Source: Eremomyces bilateralis CBS 781.70 (lineage: Eukaryota). Taken from it: a stretch of 64,000 nucleotides of DNA. How positions within the stretch are numbered: position 1 is the first letter of the stretch; every line of letters begins with the position of its first letter. Shown in pieces: positions 52,093 to 64,000 of the stretch. Both the position numbers and the translations under genes were made by a program. The notes below the pieces were generated by a model, which worked only from the letters and a program-made list of their open reading frames with translations, was not told the origin of the DNA and searched no databases. The stretch lies in NCBI GenBank assembly GCA_010015585.1, contig ML975160.1. One strand, 5' to 3'.

Positions 52093-54294
52093 ATGACTTC
52101 CTTGTCCACCGGTTCTCCCGCCCCCACGACCAACGATGTAGCAGACAACACGAACAGTTCGAACCAACATCCGCCCCACAATCCGCCAGATACCGGTCCC
52201 TCCGCCCTTCCCACAACATCCGAGTCGACCAATCCTCCGTCACTCTCCGCCCAGATGGATGCCACACCACCTCCCATTTCATCCCCGAGTCCTTCATCTT
52301 CAACTGGCAGAATGACCCCTTCATTCACCCCGCTTGCCAACCTCAATGCTGCGCGCCGCCCGCCGGGGTCGGTGGACTCAAGCGGTGCGGCGTCCGATCT
52401 CAAATCCGGCCCGGACCTACTAGCGAAGATGAAGGCTTTTCACTTGGAGCGGAGAGGGGCGCCGCCGGGAAATATGGCTGCACCGGGAACCGATCGATCT
52501 GCTGGCGGATCGACCGGGGAGGCGGGTGTCCCACCGGCAAGAGGCCCGCAGCTTGGTCCCGGAGGTGTTCCTAGCTCGTTCAACCTCCCGCACGGCGTAG
52601 CGAAGCCTGGATTTAGCCACTTTCAATCGGCACCAGCCGTTCCTCGTGCGGGAGGCCCCAAGAAACCGTCTCTTGCAGAAAAGCGCGGAATGGCCCTTCC
52701 CGGCGGCGTGGCTAGCAACAATAGCCCAGGACCACTATCGGGGGCGGGGCGAAAAAAGCCAGGGCTCAGCCTGGCGGGGATGAACGAATCCAACGATGCC
52801 TCCGGAGCCGGTGATGCACCAACCAAACCGAACGGCGGTTCCATGCTCGACCGATATTCGGAGTTCCTCGATGCCAAGACCGGTTCGTTACGTTTCAAGG
52901 GCAAGGCCGTCCTCACTTCACAAGGCATTGAATTCGCCGGAGGGAGCGCATTTAGTATCTCGCTGGACGAGGTGGATACGCTCGACGAACTGGGGAAAGG
53001 CAATTATGGGACAGTGTACAAAGTGAAGCATGCGCGCCCCAAAATCCGCCGCCCCGGTCTCGGTCTGGCGGGCAATCGCATGCACTCCTCCCCGGTCGCG
53101 ACACCGCCTCGAGTCCAATCCGATGAGGTGGGTTCGGAAGGGAGCGTCGTCGCGGCGGCCAACACCACCACGAGTAGCGGCACCGGCATCATCATGGCCA
53201 TGAAGGAAATCCGCTTGGAACTCGACGATGCCAAATTTGCCGCCATCATCATGGAACTCGACATCCTACATCGCTGCATCTCACCGTACATCATCGACTT
53301 CTACGGCGCCTTCTTCCAAGAGGGCGCTGTGTACATCTGCATCGAATTCATGGACGGAGGATCGATCGACAAGCTCTACGGCGATGGCATTCCGGAAACC
53401 GTGCTCCGAAAAATCGCCCTCGCCACGATCATCGGCCTCAAGACGCTGAAAGACGATCATAATATTATCCATCGCGACGTCAAACCTACAAACATCCTGG
53501 TGAACACCCGAGGCCAGGTGAAGATCTGCGATTTCGGGGTGAGCGGCAATCTTGTGGCCAGCATCGCCAAAACGAACATTGGTTGTCAGAGCTATATGGC
53601 CCCCGAGCGGATCTCATCCGGAGGAGTCGTGCAAGCCGGAGCGAATCCAGGAGGCGGCACCTACTCCGTCCAGAGCGATATCTGGTCGCTAGGCCTGACC
53701 ATTATCGAATGTGCCATGGGCTGTTACCCTTATCCCCCGGACACTTACAACAACATATTCAGCCAGCTAAGCGTGCGTGTTTCCCCCTTGCGACGACCGT
53801 GTGAGGAATAAATGGAGCTAATATAGATGCAGGCAATTGTCGACGGCGACCCTCCGGACCTCCCTGAAGAAGGATTTTCCGATGCCGCTCGCCATTTCGT
53901 ACGCAGTTGTCTCAACAAAGTCCCGATGCTTCGCCCAAGCTACGCAGCGCTACTCCAGCACCCCTGGCTCAAAATCCTCTCGCAACCCGAAGTCATTCCG
54001 GAGGAAGAGGAAGAGGAGACGTCGAAACTCGCTGCAGAGCCCGATTCGGACCAGGGCCCCGATACCGACGAGGATGAGTTGAGGCTTGTCTCGACACCGT
54101 TGCAAGGGGACGTCCATGACCAAGAGGTCGCGGACTGGGTAGTTCAGGCTCTCGAGAAGCGGAAAGACGGGCTGCTCGGAAAGCAGTCGAAGCCGGCTTT
54201 GCATGCAGTCGCCCTGGATGCCGTGGAGAGTGCGCATGGAGGAACCCCGCTGGGTGGGCTCTTCAATGTCGACGATTCCTCCGATCGTGCATAG
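52093..54294 (+). CDS. PBS2: HOG-pathway MAP kinase kinase
   Basis: LGKGNYGTVYKV, MAMKEIRLELDD, HNIIHRDVKPTN, DFGVSGNLVASIAKTNIGCQSYMAPER. Intron 53773-53832. Confidence 0.96.
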
Positions 54295-55103
54295 CGTGAC
54301 CAAAATATTTTTCTAGCGACGCCGCATGGATGTGGTTCGCGAAGCGAGCATCGCAGGCTTGAAGATTGATATACAGATGATATGGGGGTTCCTTTACAAG
54401 TTCGGACGTGTGCATATGCGTGGTTTCAGTTGGGATCGAACGACACTAGAAACGAAGCGTTTTTCCATGAAGGTACGATATAGAAAGCCCTTGAAGCCGG
54501 AAACAGCGCGCAATGGGTTCTCTTGTTACTTATTGTATGAAATAGCGCCAATAAGCACCCTGGATCAGCCAGTGGGATGTGGAAAAACTTGGTAAATTTG
54601 ATAAATTTGACCATCCAAATGGTACTAGGGACGATGAAGCGCAGTGATTAGGTATCCAATTATCCTTTCTCTGCTCCCCATTTTAGAATCTGGATGATGC
54701 CAATAAGTGCCTAAGGTACAGTCTCAAGTAATTCGAAAATCAAAGGCAGAGTCGTGAAGAAATGAAGCCGAACGATTCGAATTATATTTTGCACATGCTG
54801 TATTCCCTGTGCACGTAAATGGAAATACTGGTGATACCCTGCAGCTACCCAGTATTAGATTGACTTCTCACTTGCCCGTCTCTATTACGTTAACTTGTCA
54901 TCTCTATTACGGTGCTGAATCTGATTATCTGCTGTACCTACCTCCCCCATACCAAACTCCTACTCTTCAGATCAGCAACCCCGAGTTAGCAATCCCAAGT
55001 TAGCAATCTCAAATTCATATTCTCTCTCAATGCCGGCTTGCGGCGCGAAACCTCATCCACCCGTTCTACCACTACCATATCTCACATTGACATTCAAGAG
55101 ACC

Positions 55104-56009
55104 ATGCCACCAAAGAAAAGGCAACGCGTGAGCGCGGCAACGTCGCCATTCCCGATCTCAGACGTTCCATTGGCACCGCCATCTAAGAAAGACCCTAGTC
55201 AGCTCAGTGATGAAGCTGCAAAACATGATGTCTTGGATGATCTTTGGACTGACGATCAAGAGAGCTCCCTGTTCAAGAGCATGATCAAATGGAAGCCTAC
55301 CGGTATGGTACTTTGATCCTAACCGTCATTCGCTCTCGTCACTAATTCTATCGCAGGCGTTCATAAACATTTTCGGATGCTCGCGATTTCGAATCAACTT
55401 CGGAGTCAGGGTTTCGCCAACACCCACATCAACCACACCCGAATTCCAGGCATTTGGGCCAAACTGAACACATTATACGAGCTCGATTCTCTCGACGAGC
55501 GAGAAAACAACGAAGTTCTCCGTGATTACCCTGACCCTTCTGAGTTCGATGATCTCGAAAGCGACGAAGAACTCGTGGAATTCGCTCTTCCGAGTGACGA
55601 GTTTGGTGACATGATATGGTCTCGTCGCTTTCCATCCGAATCCAAGACCCGATCTTCCAGTCCTTTCGAGATCCCTGGTCTTGAACACGTTCGACCGACT
55701 GCAGATTTCACCGTCACAAGAGGTACAGATGCTGCGGATGAAGATGAATCGGAGACTCCGCGTCCAGGCTCCAGCCGGGCCCGCACGGTGAAAAGTGGTA
55801 AGGGACGGGGCTCGTTAGCCAAACCCTCCGCATCTCGACAGACTAAAGGCGGCTCTACTGTGGACTCGTCGGTGGGAGATGCTAGCGAGGATGAAGCGGA
55901 TGAAGACGACGAGGATGATGCCAGCGAAGATGAGACTTCTGGAAAAGGAGTTACGAAAACCAACCCAACCAAAAGAAAGAGTGTCAGAAGGGGCGCGAGG
56001 AGGCGATAG
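55104..56009 (+). CDS. EAF7: NuA4 subunit Eaf7 (CT20/MRGBP family)
   Basis: WTDDQESSLFKSMIKWKPTG|VHKHFRM and HTRIPGIWAKLNTLYELDSLDERE. Intron 55303-55356. Confidence 0.92.
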
Positions 56010-56188
56010 TCCTGGATCGCAAAGGCACGAATACACTTGGTTCCTAGGATTTCTTCCGTGGTCGAATACCTTCACGGCAATATTTACAACAGCAGCGATC
56101 CGCCTACCATACCATTTCCTACTCGACACAACCCATTCCCGCTCCCAATGAAATCTTTCCACAACGTTCCGAAAACCGCTTCTCCTTT

Positions 56189-57526
56189 CTAGTTCCCGCG
56201 GCCCCCAAACCCTCCAAACAGGCCAGCCAACCCTCCTAGAAGACCGAATCCACCGCCCGAACGGCTGGTACACCCAGTTTCGGTGCAAGTCGCCGCAGCA
56301 TTTACCGTCTTTTCATTGGCGGGGTCGATGCCAACTGTGAGCCACGAAAAGATGCCGTCGTCGACCCCATCGCCAACGAAGATATACTCCGCCACGGGAT
56401 CATGTTCGTTACCGGCTCCTTGGGCCAGGATGAAGTCATTTTCGTTGGTGGTAATCCGAGCGGTATTCTGGGAGTATGGCGCGACCTTCTCAACCTGGGT
56501 GATTAGATCCTGGTCAAAATACAGCTGTCCGACGTGAGCAACGGTTCCACCGCTTAGAGTATTGTTGGGGTTGACTTTCGCGTCCACGTGAGACATGACT
56601 GTTCAAGCTCAGTTAGCGGACCAGGTTTTTGGGGGATCGCAATCTCCGTACTATGAATATGAATTGCACGACCCGTATAATGCCCTGGAAAGATGCTTTC
56701 AAAGGATACGACGCCGTCCTTGTCGGAAACCTGGATACCCCGCAGTGCTTTCTTTTGCAAAAGCGTGGTGTCGGCCGCATCGCCGTTGCCCATTCCTCCC
56801 GCCGTGACTCCGCCATACACACCCTTGCCGCAGTCAGTACTCTCTGCCCTGAAATTGGATGGGGATTTGAACTTACGGTTGCATTGCAGTGCCAGATCTC
56901 CAAGGCAATGTTGGGGAGAGGCTCACAGGTGTTGATATCGATCAGTTGAATGTGGAGCGCAAGGGGTACACCAGGCTCTTCCTCCGTCACATCAGACCGG
57001 ACAAGCTCTCCCGAAACATCTATCCGGGTTCACGTCAGCTGCATGATCGATTAGTGCCGCATGCCACTCACAGTACGGGCCCTCCGTGGTCTCCGGGGCA
57101 AGCACGGTCTCATTGACCCCCGCAAAGATAACATCTGGGGTGGATTCGGCAGTGATGGCGGATCCAGTATAATGGTGGTTCGTGGCCAAAACTTTTTTAA
57201 GATCTCGAGCCTGGAGGAACGGCGCTAAACTTTATCAGTGGACCGCAGCGACCATGTATACCGGTCCTCTCCATACCGTGTGCTTGAAGACCGCGTTTCG
57301 CTCGAATATCCTTGATCATCGCATTTCTCCTCTCCGCCAATTTGGCAGCAACTCCTCTCTCCGCCAGTTTCGTTTGACAGGCGTTAGGGGCTCGAGGACC
57401 CAGCTTTTGAAGGAATGCGGCACGCTCCACCAGCTCCTGGTCTGCATCTCCTCCCGGATGCGCATACGAGACTTGGAACATCAATGCCGCAGCCGCAGCA
57501 GCTACGATGGACTGGAGATTCACCAT
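56189..57526 (-). CDS. Secreted intradiol ring-cleavage dioxygenase-like protein
   Basis: Signal peptide MVNLQSIVAAAAAALMFQVSYA-HPG; TTEGPY, EIWHCNATG, LRGIQ, FPGHYTGRAIHIH, GQLYFDQ. Four introns. Confidence 0.9.
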
Positions 57527-58997
57527 TCTGCGGACTTTGATGGGATGATCGTGAGAATGTGGCCCGGTGCAGAAGACGCACTGAGGGCATCCATTGCGGC
57601 CACTTATAACCTGCCCATCATATCCGAGGGGAGGCTGCTGGTGGCAGTCAACGTCGATCAGCAATATTGCTCTTCGGCCCCACATTGGGTTGCTTATATC
57701 TGGGTCACTGTGATAGGTTGGATCCCTTATACCCGACGTGGTAATAGGAGTGAAACCTAAATTTAATTGCGGGGATTGGCGAACTTGCTTGTCCATATTG
57801 CTTGAATCGCGTGATAGAGCTCTCTCAGCGAACTCGTGGTGCAGGTAGATGAAACATTTGCACTAATGCGCAACGCAACCCATGCTTCTATCATCTAATC
57901 CCATCCTCATTTTACCAAGTCCACTCCGGGCTAGAATTGGTATTCCATAATTATGTCAAAAGCCATTCCCCTCTTTGAATTGCGCGCTCCCCTGACCTTG
58001 TTCCCGAGTGATCTTCCATGCATACTTACTTTACTGTACAAAGTATGTACCTGATGTACGTTATTCATTAGTAGGTTCAAGGATTCGTAATTTCTTCTTT
58101 CCCTAATTGTCGAGCGAGTCATCAAATGGCAGATGTCGTATTTGTTCGTTAGGTAGCAGATATGGGAAGTGAAGGGAGAATAAAGGGAAATACTGGCCGC
58201 TGTCCTGATATTCTGGCATGGCAGAGGGTTCAAAATCTGCTTCGCACTTGCGTTATCTTGGTCACGATTGGCTATTAAGCACAATACATACGTCCCTAAA
58301 CGAGGGTTCGAGTTTCGACTCAACTGGGTTTATTGATGATTTCCTTGATACTGCTCGGCGGTCTATCCATTGGTGTGGTCTTGTTTCAACCCATTTGCTA
58401 GACCGCGCTAGTACAATCTAAGTAGTGTGAGAATAAACAGCAATCTTGGGATACTACCTAGCTGGTCTGTAGTCGCAGGTAGGGGAGGGATTTCAGAGCT
58501 TAGGGCAATACAGGACATTCAAATATCCAATGTACTGCTACCTACACTGTGTGCCACAAAGGACTAGCAAGGTTCCGAAAGAACGCGTTTCATTAACAGA
58601 GAATATCACTTCGAGAAGGAATTATCCCGCGGCTCCGTTGCTCAGTTACCGCAGTTCCTGTCCTACATCCGAGTTCAAGTTCCTCCGTGGTCACTGATTG
58701 AACGTCGCCACCCAACGGCTAGAACCGTTGTCTGTCTGAGCGAGAGGTAGGGGATGTGATTGGTCTGTGATGTAATTCACCAAAGCTATATCGAGGAATC
58801 CAACAAGGGCTGGGGATTCGAACCATGATAGGTCTTCGATTTTCCCCAAAGAAAGTCACGGGTATGACATGGCGCGGCCTCGGCTCAAGAGCCTAGAATC
58901 AATCGATAAGCGGCAAAGTATCTGACAGGCTAGAAGCAGTTCCTTTCTCAACTCGCTGAATGTCTTCCATAAGAACGAGCTACAACTTGCCAGAAGG

Positions 58998-59625
<628 letters not shown>

Positions 59626-59883
59626 GGTTGCAGGGAACTCGCGGTCAGGAATAGAGGTAACTTTAGTACAAGTGTCGCAAGCGTCGCCTAGTTTGGATCG
59701 GACCGACAATAGGAACGGAGTTGAGGAGTAAAGATTGCTGTAGCACGTATGAGGATTGCCTCTATTTCTGTTGTATATGATGATACATCCAAGTCACGAT
59801 TCACACGGAGTATGGAATATGGAGTCCAGGAATAGCACGGCTTCAGTTGGTTGATGACTTGATGTGACCTCATGTGGCTGAAG

Positions 59884-60088
59884 CACGTGAAATTGTGGCG
59901 AGTGATCGGATATTGGATATCACGTGTAGCATCTGACTACATCACGTGGCGAGCCGCCTCTCTCCAGTGACGTACAAATTACAATTGCCTAAAATCCGGT
60001 TGCCGGGGGAAAGGCATCACGTGCATGAGGTGTCAACTGTAAACACTCTATCTGTAAATACTCCATGACGCTCATCCTCAGGACGCGT
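59884..60088. promoter_or_regulatory. Four CACGTG E-boxes plus an ACGCGT (MCB) box in the FIS1/SPC24 divergent promoter
   Basis: CACGTG at 59884, 59921, 59943 and 60018; ACGCGT at 60083. Function is inferred. Confidence 0.55.
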
Positions 60089-60193
60089 CCATTCAAAGGA
60101 AAGCAATCCGTAACAACTTCTACATTATTGAACTACAAATTCTTGAACTACAATCTTGAGTCCCCTCCTTGACAAGGCCACCACTGCTTCATA

Positions 60194-60904
60194 ATGCTGC
60201 TTGACGAAGAGCCTGCAACAGTGCGTATCAATGCCATAGCGGATTCCTTTAGCTAACATCATCCAGCTCATCCAAGGATGCATTCAAAATTTCAACATTG
60301 CGCCGGACAGGTCAAGCCTCACTCGAATCTCGACGTCACTTTCAGCACTATCAGCAACCCGACAAGTTCGCCTGCAGTCATTACAGTCGGATCTTTCGCA
60401 TCTTTCTCGACACCTTTCAAAGCTGAGCAGCCAACATCAACTGACGGTCTCCTCACACAACCCGAGTGAATATTCTGCCGAGATTTTGCGGCTTGATGCC
60501 GAAAAGTTTCGCGTCGCAAAGCAAGCCAACGACCTAGAAATTGAAAGCGAACGATTGGAACTAGAACTCGAGAACCTGAAAAGCCAATTGAACGACCTCG
60601 ATGCGCAAGGGATCGAAGGCGGGGCGGAGGCGATGAGACCAAGAGACGAGACAGAGGATGAAACGGTGTAAGTGTGATTCCAGTCCTCTTTTTCATGCAC
60701 TGTAGTCAGTAATTAAACCATATCTACAGGCTCAAACTCAAAGTGTACCGTTCTCTTGGGATCGATGCCGAACCTGACACAGCGACCGGTCAATACAACA
60801 AAGCAGTGATCAGGAACACGGCGAAAGGTGATGTTCATGTTGTGAACATCGACACCAAGTTCTCAAGATACTTCTATGCGAACTACTTTTGGCAAACATT
60901 ATGA
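60194..60904 (+). CDS. SPC24: Ndc80-complex kinetochore subunit Spc24
   Basis: [14 protein letters not shown]..., [43 protein letters not shown]...YANYFW. Introns 60221-60266 and 60668-60729. Confidence 0.92.
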
Positions 60905-61739
60905 GGCGTAGATCCAATTTAGGTCTTGACATGATTGAAGCTGGCCAGTTTCGATACGAACGGCGTCTTGAAACCTAGGCCTTTTCCGGATCAGCATTAT
61001 TGTCTACGCATGTTAGGGAGGGTCGCTGAATGGATGGGGGGGAGAATCGTACGCATGCGCCATCCCCATGGCATCCCCTTACCTGAGGAAGATTGCAACC
61101 AAACTGAAGATGCTCGGTTGATGTAGCTTCTCGGGGATTGGGACGAAGAATTAAAATTCGGAAGAGGTATGTCATTTTCCCTTACGATATTGAAAAGATC
61201 ATAAGCTGATAGAGCAACAGTACCTTTGTCTCGCCAAGGTGATCCTAACCACCAAGTACAGCGACCTGACGTTCACGGATATGGATCACCCCGAATTGAA
61301 TTATAGAATATCCTGTCCAGGAAACGTCATTGTCGCAGAATGGGACCTGGAGGTGCAGTTTCTGGCAATATGTCAGATGTGGTCAATCGTATAGATTTTC
61401 ATCGGAGCGGACAATGCGGTCGTTCAAATTGCAACCAAATTTGAATTGGGCTAGTCGCCCTAGCAGGATACAGCGGATGGAAACAGCATCCTGATCTCGA
61501 CAAAACATAGGGCATTGAAAAGTCTCCATAAGTCCTGATGATCGATATGTGGCAGTTCCCGGCTTCCCACGAAGTATGGCTGTTGATATATCCAGGCACA
61601 TTTGGCATGCGAAAGAAGTCTCCGAAGGTTTTGCACGCACCATCGGCTCAGCATGCCCGTTTCAGTCAAACATGCCTTGTGTCTAGTTCGTAGCAATGAT
61701 AAAGGAGTCGGCCAACGCACGGCAACATTCTAAACTCCG

Positions 61740-62300
61740 AAAATCTGATGATGTGCTCGTGCAGGTATCCTTCTGTAATTCGAGCACTGTTGCTGCTTCT
61801 TGCCTATGGAGACTGCGGAATTTCCCCACCAAACCTAGCCTACGAGCATGGGGGCAGCACGGTACCAACCGTTTCGCGGGCGCCGTTCCGACAGCATGAA
61901 TTGATCGGCGAATGGGGGCATCCCATGAATTATTCAGTCAACAAAGATCTGGTGGACTTATGCTGGGACCTTGATGAAAGGCCGGCCAAGTAGGGTCTGT
62001 GATTGTCTATACCTACCCCACTACCTTACCCAAAGTCCCACAGGACGGTTAGATGAAGCGGCGATATACCGCCTTACCACGGCATCCGATGCCTCTATCA
62101 CCCTGGCTCCTGCCTCCCAGAGTCCTAGTAGCTTTTGAGGGGTTGCCTTGCAGACTGCAGTGCAGCCGTGAACCCTTGGGGCGGGACAAGCAAAGGAACG
62201 GTTCGCTCGGTTGTGTTTGACGGAAGTCACCGAAAGCGCCTCTCCCGAGTGTCTTAGTCTCAGCTATGCCCAAAGGGGAGATGGATCGGAGAATTCTTCG
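61740..62300 (-). pseudogene. Possible decayed protein-kinase fragment
   Basis: KTLGRGAFG, then after a frameshift VTSVKHNRANRSFAC; weak YLHEHIIR further downstream. No intact catalytic motifs. Confidence 0.25.
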
Positions 62301-63589
62301 GTGACTTTGACATCCTGTGTCGGTAAATATCATAAATGAAGCTGAATGGGTTGCAGTCATGGATAAGTAAAGCTTGGCTGGCATGATTGGATGACGCAAA
62401 GTGGTCCTGGACAGGGAGAAAGCAGTGATGATGGTTTCAAAATGTCTCCTCCGTACCTCGGGTAAGGTAAGGTACAGGAACGATTTAATAATATCAATCA
62501 TTATTCCGTACATATTCGTTCCAAGCGGGCTTGGGAAGGATGAAATCCTAGTCGCCACCGAACTTCTCCAGCCAAGGTACCATAGTTTCAGCTGATTATA
62601 AACAGTATGAGGCACGAAGTGTCAGCGAATTCCATCTGTTCCTTCAAAGGATCCTCCCAGGAACATGGGCAAGAACTCGTCGTGGACTGATCTTTTCCAG
62701 ACCAGGAACCAAAAACACCTCTATCTCGGATCTCTGGTTCGTGAGTCGAGGCTTGCCAGGGGGATGCGACAGCTGTCAAGGTCAATAGGCGCCGATTTGT
62801 CTCCGATACCAGCATCCAATTTCGAAGTTGTTATTGACTTTCGAGCAACATTGATGGCGTCCGGTGCATACACTGTCCGTTATGTATTGTAGAAGATGGC
62901 CTCTGCCTCAAATAATTGGATACATTCAATGGTGTGCTCCGTGGGAATTTGTAGACAATAAGTAAACATATATTCCGTAGAGAATATCACTTTCATGGTT
63001 ATCGTCATATATTCTAGCTGAATCCACAAGTCTGGATCGGTGCCGTATTCCCATTGCCATACCGGTTTCACATACTGACAACATGGCAGCGCATATTTCA
63101 TCAATTGCTAATAGGAAATCGCATGTGGCAGAGCACATGGGACTACAGTATGGTATGACAGCAGAAAAGCACAACTGTTGCGGACAGATCTAAAGTCTCC
63201 ATGCCCTAACCGTACTGACGTTGTATGACCACGCCGTTTCAGCAACAATTTCCTACTTTCTGGATCGTGGAGAATGAAAGGTGTAGGATTTGGATGTAGC
63301 TGGGTCCAATATCAAGAAACATTTCGTCTGAGCTGCTTAATGGCTCAAATCCTTAGTGCTCAGCCCTCTTGAACCGAGTCTTGGGTATTAGCGGCAGAAT
63401 TCCTTACAGCGTTTCGTATTCTATCGCCCGACTGGACGCCATCATGTGCTGCGTGCAGAAGTGCAGGAGACTCATTTCCAAATGTGGCAACGGATCTTGA
63501 CTTTTCGGAGACTTTTAACCGTTTTATATACGCAACCTATCCACCACATACCACCTCCAATGCGTTTGCAAGTGTGTTGTCAGCGAAAA

Positions 63590-64000
63590 ATGGAAAATAT
63601 AGCCTCTAGATCTCAGATCAGAAGAACGGCCTGCGAAGAATGCCGTATGTGCCCACGAAGACTAGATCTCGAGACCGTGCTAACAAACAAAGGATCTCAA
63701 AAGCTCAAGTGCGGTGGAGAACATCCATTGTGCTCAAGATGCGCACGCAGAGGGCTTGAATGCATATACATGAAGAGAAGGCAAATGGGACGACCGAAGA
63801 AATTCAAGGATGCCGCCAACGCGCCCGTATGGGAAGATAACGCTCGATCCGCCACCCCAACAATGAGCATCGGCTCCCTGTTGAACTCTTCGGAAGTCTC
63901 GGACGGATCTGGCGAAGAATCCCACAATGGATTTCATCCATCTCTGGCAAATTCACCGGAATTTGATGATGAGCTAGGCACTGGTCGCACTGGACTTACG
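63590..64000 (+). CDS. Zn(II)2Cys6 transcription factor, 5' part (runs off the window)
   Basis: RRTACEEC|RSQKLKCGGEHPLCSRCARRGLECIYMKRRQMGRPK after removing intron 63645-63692 (GTATGT...GCTAAC...AAG). Frame stays open to the window end. An in-frame upstream ATG lies at 63560. Confidence 0.9.
   Translation, partial: MENIASRSQIRRTACEECRMCPRRLDLETVLTNKGSQKLKCGGEHPLCSRCARRGLECIYMKRRQMGRPKKFKDAANAPVWEDNARSATPTMSIGSLLNSSEVSDGSGEESHNGFHPSLANSPEFDDELGTGRTGLT

Noticed and set aside
58800..58890. GGTTCGAATCCCC on the minus strand resembling a tRNA T-loop/B-box
   Set aside because: T-stem pairs only 2 bp; no acceptor, D or anticodon arms can be formed.
61168..61220. Intron-like segment GTATGT...GCTGAT...CAG downstream of SPC24
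   Set aside because: Flanking frames contain stops and give no recognisable protein.

Overview
Gene-dense eukaryotic DNA from a filamentous ascomycete (Pezizomycotina). Evidence: short GT-AG introns with CTAAC/CTGAC-type branch points, Zn2Cys6 factors, and a long-form pyrG/URA3. The supplied ORF track ignores introns, so I assembled gene models by hand. About 25 genes are supported. The housekeeping backbone is KAP104, SSH4, URA3, TES1, MIR1, EMW1, MIS12, choline kinase, an auxin-efflux-carrier family protein, PBS2, EAF7, FIS1 and SPC24. Accessory-looking material interrupts it: (i) GNAT + unknown protein + an intronless VWA-Vwaint-Hint ('Vint') protein whose N-terminal autocleavage residues look intact; (ii) a compact NCS1 permease / 2OG-Fe(II) dioxygenase / Zn2Cys6 regulator / aldo-keto reductase block that resembles an uncharacterised nucleobase-derivative utilisation cluster; (iii) a HeLo-like N-terminal domain protein; (iv) a secreted intradiol-dioxygenase-like protein. 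Smaller observations include a GC-AG intron between 19-nt micro-exons in FIS1, a duplicated ~78-bp promoter module upstream of TES1, four CACGTG boxes in the FIS1/SPC24 divergent promoter, a possible dual-frame last exon, and a possible kinase relic. I found no tRNA, rRNA, CRISPR or intact transposon. Family calls come from motif recognition, not database searches.
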